A stretch of DNA of 64,000 nucleotides from Candidatus Poribacteria bacterium (GTDB taxonomy: Bacteria; Poribacteria; WGA-4E; WGA-3G). Under the pieces are notes generated by a model. It ran no database searches. It worked only from the letters and a program-made list of their open reading frames with translations, and was not told the DNA's origin. The stretch is from contig CBDANF010000003.1 of assembly GCA_965197475.1 (NCBI GenBank), positions 448,001 to 512,000 of the forward strand. Direction: 5' to 3'. This document shows positions 59,250 to 64,000 of the stretch, one piece after another. The number at the start of each line of letters is the position of its first letter. The first letter of the stretch is position 1. The translations under genes were made by a program, and so were the position numbers.

Positions 59250-59753
59250 GGGTGTGTAAAGTTTTGTCATTGAGAACGTAAAGATGTGTATTGCCAAAAG
59301 ATATTAACACTTTCAATATTGTGTGTTTAATTAGGACGTTTAGCACGTCCCACGGACGTGCTAATGCCAAGCAGTACAAGGATTAGGACGTGATTTTGTG
59401 TGTGTTTTTTTGCATCTTCTCTGGTTTCACCTGCAACATTAGTGGTCAACATCTGAATATATAATCGTTGTGTGATAATAAGTATAACATAGATACGTGT
59501 GTTTGTCAAATTATTTAGAAGAATTTAGTCTTTTACCAAAACTTTACACACCCTGCTCCACATTTCCTACCCTCTTGGGTGTGTAAATATTTTGTCGCAT
59601 AGGTTCAATTTGCGAAAAATCCTTCGCGTTTTTCTACTGTAGGGCGGGGTCTGTGTGCCCGCCATGTCTGATGTATCCAAACAATGGGCGGGCACAGGGA
59701 CCCGCCCCTACAATGAGTGGTGGACAGATTTTGTCAAAAACTTTACACACCCC
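59250..59753. mobile_element. Composite of two MITEs with GGGTGTGTAAA ends
   Basis: Units 59250..59553 and 59577..59753; AAAGTTAA directly repeated outside the outer ends; a solo end at about 45931. Confidence 0.7.
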
Positions 59754-59868
59754 AAAGTTAATCTCAACACTAAATGGTTTTGTGTTATCTGAAAGGATAA
59801 CCTCTTTTCTGCTTTTTGTCTCTAAAAAAAATGAAAATTGTCCAAACTTGAGTAAACCTATAAATTGA

Positions 59869-59897
59869 TTGACAAATTTTCACAAAAACAGTAAAAT
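59869..59897 (+). promoter_or_regulatory. sigma70 promoter
   Basis: TTGACA-17 bp-TAAAAT upstream of the amidohydrolase. Confidence 0.6.
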
Positions 59898-59928
59898 GTT
59901 CCAATTATTAGCAAATTGGAGGCGAACA

Positions 59929-60783
59929 ATGGAAAAATTCCCGATTATTGATACACATGTTCATCTGTGGCACCCGAAGCAGCTTAGATATCCGTGGCTT
60001 AAACAGGTTCCAGCACTAAACAAGCCGTATCTTCTAAATGATTATTCCGCCGCGCACGAGAATCTGGAAATTGAATCCATTGTCTTTGTCCAATGCGATA
60101 CACATCCAGATGATGGATTGAAAGAGATCGCGTGGGTTACTTCACTTGCAGCCGTAGAGCCGCGCATCAGAGGTATCGTGGCATGGGCACCACTTGAAGA
60201 AGGTAAACAGGTGGCACCTTTTGTGGAAAAATTGGCTGAGGATACGCTTGTAAAAGGTATTCGCCGCCTCATTCAAGGGGAAGACGTTGATTTTTGTATC
60301 CAACCCAACTTCATGAATGGTGTCAAAACCCTCGCTCGCTACGGATTGAGTTTCGATATATGTATCTTCCACCCGCAACTCGCTAATGCCATTCGTCTTG
60401 TAGAACAGTGTCCGAATGTCCAATTTATTTTAGATCATATTGGCAAGCCAGACATCAAGAATCAGCTGTTTGAACCGTGGAAGCAGGAAATAAAAATACT
60501 TGCGGAATTCCCCAACGTCTACTGTAAAATATCAGGTCTGGTAACAGAGGCTAATCATGAGAATTGGACACCTGCCGACCTACAACCCTATATTGAACAC
60601 GTTATTGACTGTTTCGGGTTTGACCGCGTGATTTACGGAAGTGATTGGCCAGTCTCAACATTAGCTTCAGATTATCTACTTTGGGTGCGGACATTGCAGG
60701 AAGCAGTTTCAGAATCTACGCCTGAAGAATTGAAAAAACTTTTTCACGACAATGCTATCAAATTTTATAGACTTCAACAGTGA
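59929..60783 (+). CDS. Amidohydrolase family protein (L-fuconolactonase-like)
   Basis: IIDTHVHLW, ILDHIGKP, CKISGL, YGSDWPV motifs; ATG after GGAGG. Confidence 0.88.
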   Translation: MEKFPIIDTHVHLWHPKQLRYPWLKQVPALNKPYLLNDYSAAHENLEIESIVFVQCDTHPDDGLKEIAWVTSLAAVEPRIRGIVAWAPLEEGKQVAPFVEKLAEDTLVKGIRRLIQGEDVDFCIQPNFMNGVKTLARYGLSFDICIFHPQLANAIRLVEQCPNVQFILDHIGKPDIKNQLFEPWKQEIKILAEFPNVYCKISGLVTEANHENWTPADLQPYIEHVIDCFGFDRVIYGSDWPVSTLASDYLLWVRTLQEAVSESTPEELKKLFHDNAIKFYRLQQ

Positions 60784-60811
60784 TAATAAGACCATAATTA
60801 TTGACTAACGT

Positions 60812-60840
60812 TGTAGGCGCGGTTCGAAACCGCGCCTACA
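60812..60840. repeat. REP-like palindrome
   Basis: TGTAGGCGCGGTT-CGA-AACCGCGCCTACA. Confidence 0.6.
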
Positions 60841-60995
60841 TTGGTAAAAGAGTTTATGCGTTACCGATCACCGAAAACTATAAAGGCAGTCAGTAATCTG
60901 TATAGAATGTAAGAGGCGCAATGAATTGCGATTAAACGCGTTTTTTGTTAATGAGAAGTCATCATTCAGAAATGGTATAACAAGAAAAATACACA

Positions 60996-61259
60996 ATGTT
61001 TTTTGTCTTTTGTATATTTATCCTACCGATCACAGTTTTACTGATTTTGCTCCTTGCCACAAAACAGAAAACGGACAGTGAAATGTCGCCTACAGATCCC
61101 ACGGAAGTCTGCGCGTTCTGCCAGAAGGACTTTCCGATAAATCAATTACTGGAGAAAGAGGTAGGTACCTACGGTAGAGTTTACTGTTTCTGTGGGGAAT
61201 GCATCGAAAAATTATACAACGAATTTAAAAATCAAACAGCGATAAAAACAGGAGAGTAA
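60996..61259 (+). CDS. Small membrane-anchored protein with a CxxC...CxxC motif
   Basis: Hydrophobic N-terminus, CAFC and CGEC; abuts the kinase RBS. Confidence 0.6.
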   Translation: MFFVFCIFILPITVLLILLLATKQKTDSEMSPTDPTEVCAFCQKDFPINQLLEKEVGTYGRVYCFCGECIEKLYNEFKNQTAIKTGE

Positions 61260-61262
61260 ATT

Positions 61263-62306
61263 ATGTACGATTTAGTTACGTTTGGGGAAGCGATGATCCG
61301 ACTCACAGCACCTGAGTTTATGCGCTTGGAGCAGGTATCATCGCTATCAATCACAGCAGGCGGAGCAGAGATGAACGTTGCTGTCAACGCTGCACAACTT
61401 GGCTTAAAAACAGCATGGGTATCGCGACTCGTTGACAATTGGTCTGGTCGTTACATTCGCAATAAAGGACGCGAACTCGGTGTTGACATGTCCAACATCG
61501 TATGGGTAGACTTCGACGGTGTTGGCTTTGAGCGAAACGGGTTTTATCATCTTGAGATGGGGGCAGGTCCTCGGGCAAGTAGCGTTACTTATGACCGCGG
61601 ACATTCGGCTATCTCTAAGGTTCAACCCGGTGAAATAGATTGGGCATCTATTTTTAGCAATGCGCGATGGTTTCATCTCAGTGGGATTACGCCTGCATTA
61701 TCAGAATCTGCGGCTGCGGTTTCAGCTGAAGCACTCAAAGCGGCACGTGCAGCGGGTGTCAAAACAAGCTATGACCTTAACTTCCGTTCTAAATTGTGGA
61801 GTGCTGAGCAAGCACAGGCAGCGAACCGACCGATGATGGAACATGTCTCTGTTCTTATCGGAAACGAAGAGGATTTCGAAAAATCGCTTGGGTTTGCTAC
61901 AGAAGGTGCGACCGAATCATATAGCAAACTTGAACCTGATAGTTATAAAGAGGTTGCTCAGCGCGTCAAAGAGGCTTTCCCAAACATTGAGATGATCGGC
62001 ACAACTTTGCGTGATGCTAAAACCGGTTGGCTAAATGATTGGCGAACACTTCTGTTTGATGGTGAAGAGTTTTATCTGTCACGTATCTATGAAGATTTAG
62101 AATTAGTGGACAGAGTTGGCGGTGGGGATAGTTTCTCATCAGGGTTAATCTACAGTCTACTCAACGAAAAATCACCTCGAGAGGCAGTTGATTTCGCAGG
62201 GGGATACTCTGCCTTAGCACACACTTTCCCAGGAGACTTTAACTGGGCAACGACAGCAGAAGCAGAAAAAGCGATGCAGGCAGGAAGCGTCCGTATTAGC
62301 CGCTAA
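61263..62306 (+). CDS. kdgK: PfkB-family sugar kinase (2-keto-3-deoxygluconate kinase-like)
   Basis: VTFGEAMIRL, GGAEMNVA, HLSGITPAL, YDLNFRSKLW, VDRVGGGDSF motifs. Confidence 0.85.
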   Translation: MYDLVTFGEAMIRLTAPEFMRLEQVSSLSITAGGAEMNVAVNAAQLGLKTAWVSRLVDNWSGRYIRNKGRELGVDMSNIVWVDFDGVGFERNGFYHLEMGAGPRASSVTYDRGHSAISKVQPGEIDWASIFSNARWFHLSGITPALSESAAAVSAEALKAARAAGVKTSYDLNFRSKLWSAEQAQAANRPMMEHVSVLIGNEEDFEKSLGFATEGATESYSKLEPDSYKEVAQRVKEAFPNIEMIGTTLRDAKTGWLNDWRTLLFDGEEFYLSRIYEDLELVDRVGGGDSFSSGLIYSLLNEKSPREAVDFAGGYSALAHTFPGDFNWATTAEAEKAMQAGSVRISR

Positions 62307-63439
62307 CTTTTTTCAAGCAAGAAAAGGAATTCTCGGTTCGGTTTTCCGGCTGCGTTCACCCATTCAAGGGTCCATTTCATACCTGCCATGACGTTCCGTT
62401 TGTAATTCATCTCAACCACAGCAAGTAGTTTACCGTTCGTTAGCATCACTTCATTCAGTTCTTCCGCAGTTGCGCGTCCACCAGAACTGTATGATAGGAT
62501 AATCCAACGCGCCTGCGTTATCCTGATTAACTTTTCAATGGCTTCAACAGCGATAAAACGACCGTTTGTGTCACATCGGAACTCCTCAAATACGGATGCT
62601 GAAAGTTGATCGGAGGTATCTTTACGTCGTTTTGCCTTACCGAACAGTGTTGGTTCGTCAAAGAGAATAACGCTTTTCCAGAGATGATAGTATGCCGCGT
62701 ATCTCACGCGGGAGGGAGGCATTTTCTCGTTGTTTGAACCGTAGGGTGGATCAAAGTATGCAAGGTCTACAGAAACGCGCGAGACAAGATCAAAGATGTC
62801 GGTTTGATAAACTTCGTGGTTTCCTTCTGACGTAAAAACTTTTGGCACTTCAAGCACTAATTCTTTATAGGCGCGAGGTGCCCAATCTTTGAGATAGGCG
62901 GAATAATGACCGAGGGTACTATCAACGCGATCCAACCCCAAAATTAGGCTTGTTAATGCCACTGCTTTTTCAACCTTATCCAGTTTGAGATTTTCAATTT
63001 CCTGCCGAATCGCATCTAATTTACGTGTATTGTGTAGCTGCCACGGTTTCTTAAGTCCATCTGCTTGGATTGCACTACCGGTGTTGGCGTGTCCGCCATA
63101 ATGCTCTGTGAACCACCCATCAATCGATGGGATAGTGTTTAGATGGTCAATAAGGGGTTGATATTCTGATCGGGGTTTTGTGTTGAGAAGGTAGCAAGTT
63201 CCCAAAACTTCTGACCACGAGGCAATGTCGTTGCATACGACGGTATAACCGAGTTTGGCGAATGCTTGTGAGACACGGGTTGTGCCTGAAAAACCGTCTA
63301 AAATTGTCTTGGCATCAACTTTTTTGGCGAGTTGGAGTATTTGTGGGATAAGTTTTAGTTTGGAACCAGCGTATTTTATGCCTTCTGTGGGAGGTACATT
63401 AAGGACAAAGTTATCAAAGAGAGGAAGTGTTTGTGCCAT
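62303..63439 (-). CDS. DNA adenine methyltransferase (D12 class)
   Basis: IKYAGSKLKL, LDGFSGTTRVS (SAM binding), YFDPPY (catalytic). Confidence 0.9.
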   Translation of the reverse strand: MAQTLPLFDNFVLNVPPTEGIKYAGSKLKLIPQILQLAKKVDAKTILDGFSGTTRVSQAFAKLGYTVVCNDIASWSEVLGTCYLLNTKPRSEYQPLIDHLNTIPSIDGWFTEHYGGHANTGSAIQADGLKKPWQLHNTRKLDAIRQEIENLKLDKVEKAVALTSLILGLDRVDSTLGHYSAYLKDWAPRAYKELVLEVPKVFTSEGNHEVYQTDIFDLVSRVSVDLAYFDPPYGSNNEKMPPSRVRYAAYYHLWKSVILFDEPTLFGKAKRRKDTSDQLSASVFEEFRCDTNGRFIAVEAIEKLIRITQARWIILSYSSGGRATAEELNEVMLTNGKLLAVVEMNYKRNVMAGMKWTLEWVNAAGKPNREFLFLLEKS

Positions 63440-63475
63440 GCTTTTAACATCTCTCTACTTTGATGACTTCCCCGA

Positions 63476-63709
63476 TTAAGAAACTTGGACATTGGTAAGT
63501 GAAAGTTCTTTAGCGTATCCCTTATCTAAAACTGTTTCCTGAATGAAAGTGCTTGCATTGAGAATCTCAATACCGATGAGTTCACCGTTATCATTCAATT
63601 CAGCTGTGATATTAGGACTCAACTCTAAACTGCCACTTTGGGGTTCATCAGAAATCACAAGATGTAATATATTTTCTTTGTCAAAATATTTCATCTGCGG
63701 TTTAGTCAT
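63476..63709 (-). CDS. DUF2283 family small protein
   Basis: MKYFDKENILHL...AELNDNGELIGIEILNAS. Confidence 0.8.
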   Translation of the reverse strand: MTKPQMKYFDKENILHLVISDEPQSGSLELSPNITAELNDNGELIGIEILNASTFIQETVLDKGYAKELSLTNVQVS

Positions 63710-64000
63710 TGGTTGGTTTTCCCACTACTTTCGATTCTATCCTTTTCAGGGCACAGAGACGGTATTTTCCATGTCCTACCCGCCAGTATCTACGCTTACC
63801 TCTATATTTGCTGTCTTTTGAATCGGAATTGACACAATCTATTGATAGTTCCGCCCCTATGTTCACCATCTTAAAGTCAGGGTACTTTTTCTTGATGATT
63901 GGTTCAAGGTCTGCCTTCATAAAGACTCTATTTGTATCTCTGTCGGTAAATTCCTGTGCCGCTTCCCAGACTACCTGATTTACAGGTACGGGGCCAGACC
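63702..64000 (-). CDS. Hypothetical protein (partial; start beyond the window edge)
   Basis: The frame is open to the window edge: ..PVNQVVWEAAQEF..VFMKADLEPIIKKKYPDF..DCVNS..YWRVGHGKYRL. Confidence 0.55.
   Translation of the reverse strand, partial: SGPVPVNQVVWEAAQEFTDRDTNRVFMKADLEPIIKKKYPDFKMVNIGAELSIDCVNSDSKDSKYRGKRRYWRVGHGKYRLCALKRIESKVVGKPTND

Overview
Bacterial genomic window, most likely from Candidatus Poribacteria. This is an inference from the large WD40 gene expansion, the ECF-sigma fusions, a dockerin plus 'LLPNYPNPFNPETWIPYQL' secretion-type C-terminus, and abundant GTAG..CTAC palindromes and MITEs. Left end: a reduced rpsB-tsf-frr-cdsA-dxr operon on the minus strand. From about 5 to 41.5 kb: a co-directional array of about 17 WD40 beta-propeller genes and pseudogenes, including an ECF sigma-WD40 fusion split by an in-frame TAG. 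The array is interspersed with an IS630 element and many MITE/REP elements, and IS1595 and IS701/IS4-like elements lie on its flanks. Right part: metabolic genes (TIM-barrel isomerase, cysteine synthase, DUF1015, EcfT, MoaB, amidohydrolase, PfkB kinase), a secreted HExxH/dockerin protein, a double-vWA protein and an orphan adenine methyltransferase. The most interesting feature is a 2.0-kb element at 53019-55022. It has perfect 13-bp terminal inverted repeats and no evident target duplication. It encodes only two translationally coupled DUF1670 proteins with a tyrosine-recombinase-like H-S-x5-R-Y C-terminal motif, plus a near-consensus sigma70 promoter that could drive a ~125-nt four-hairpin RNA. 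It is a candidate for an undescribed family of mobile elements.
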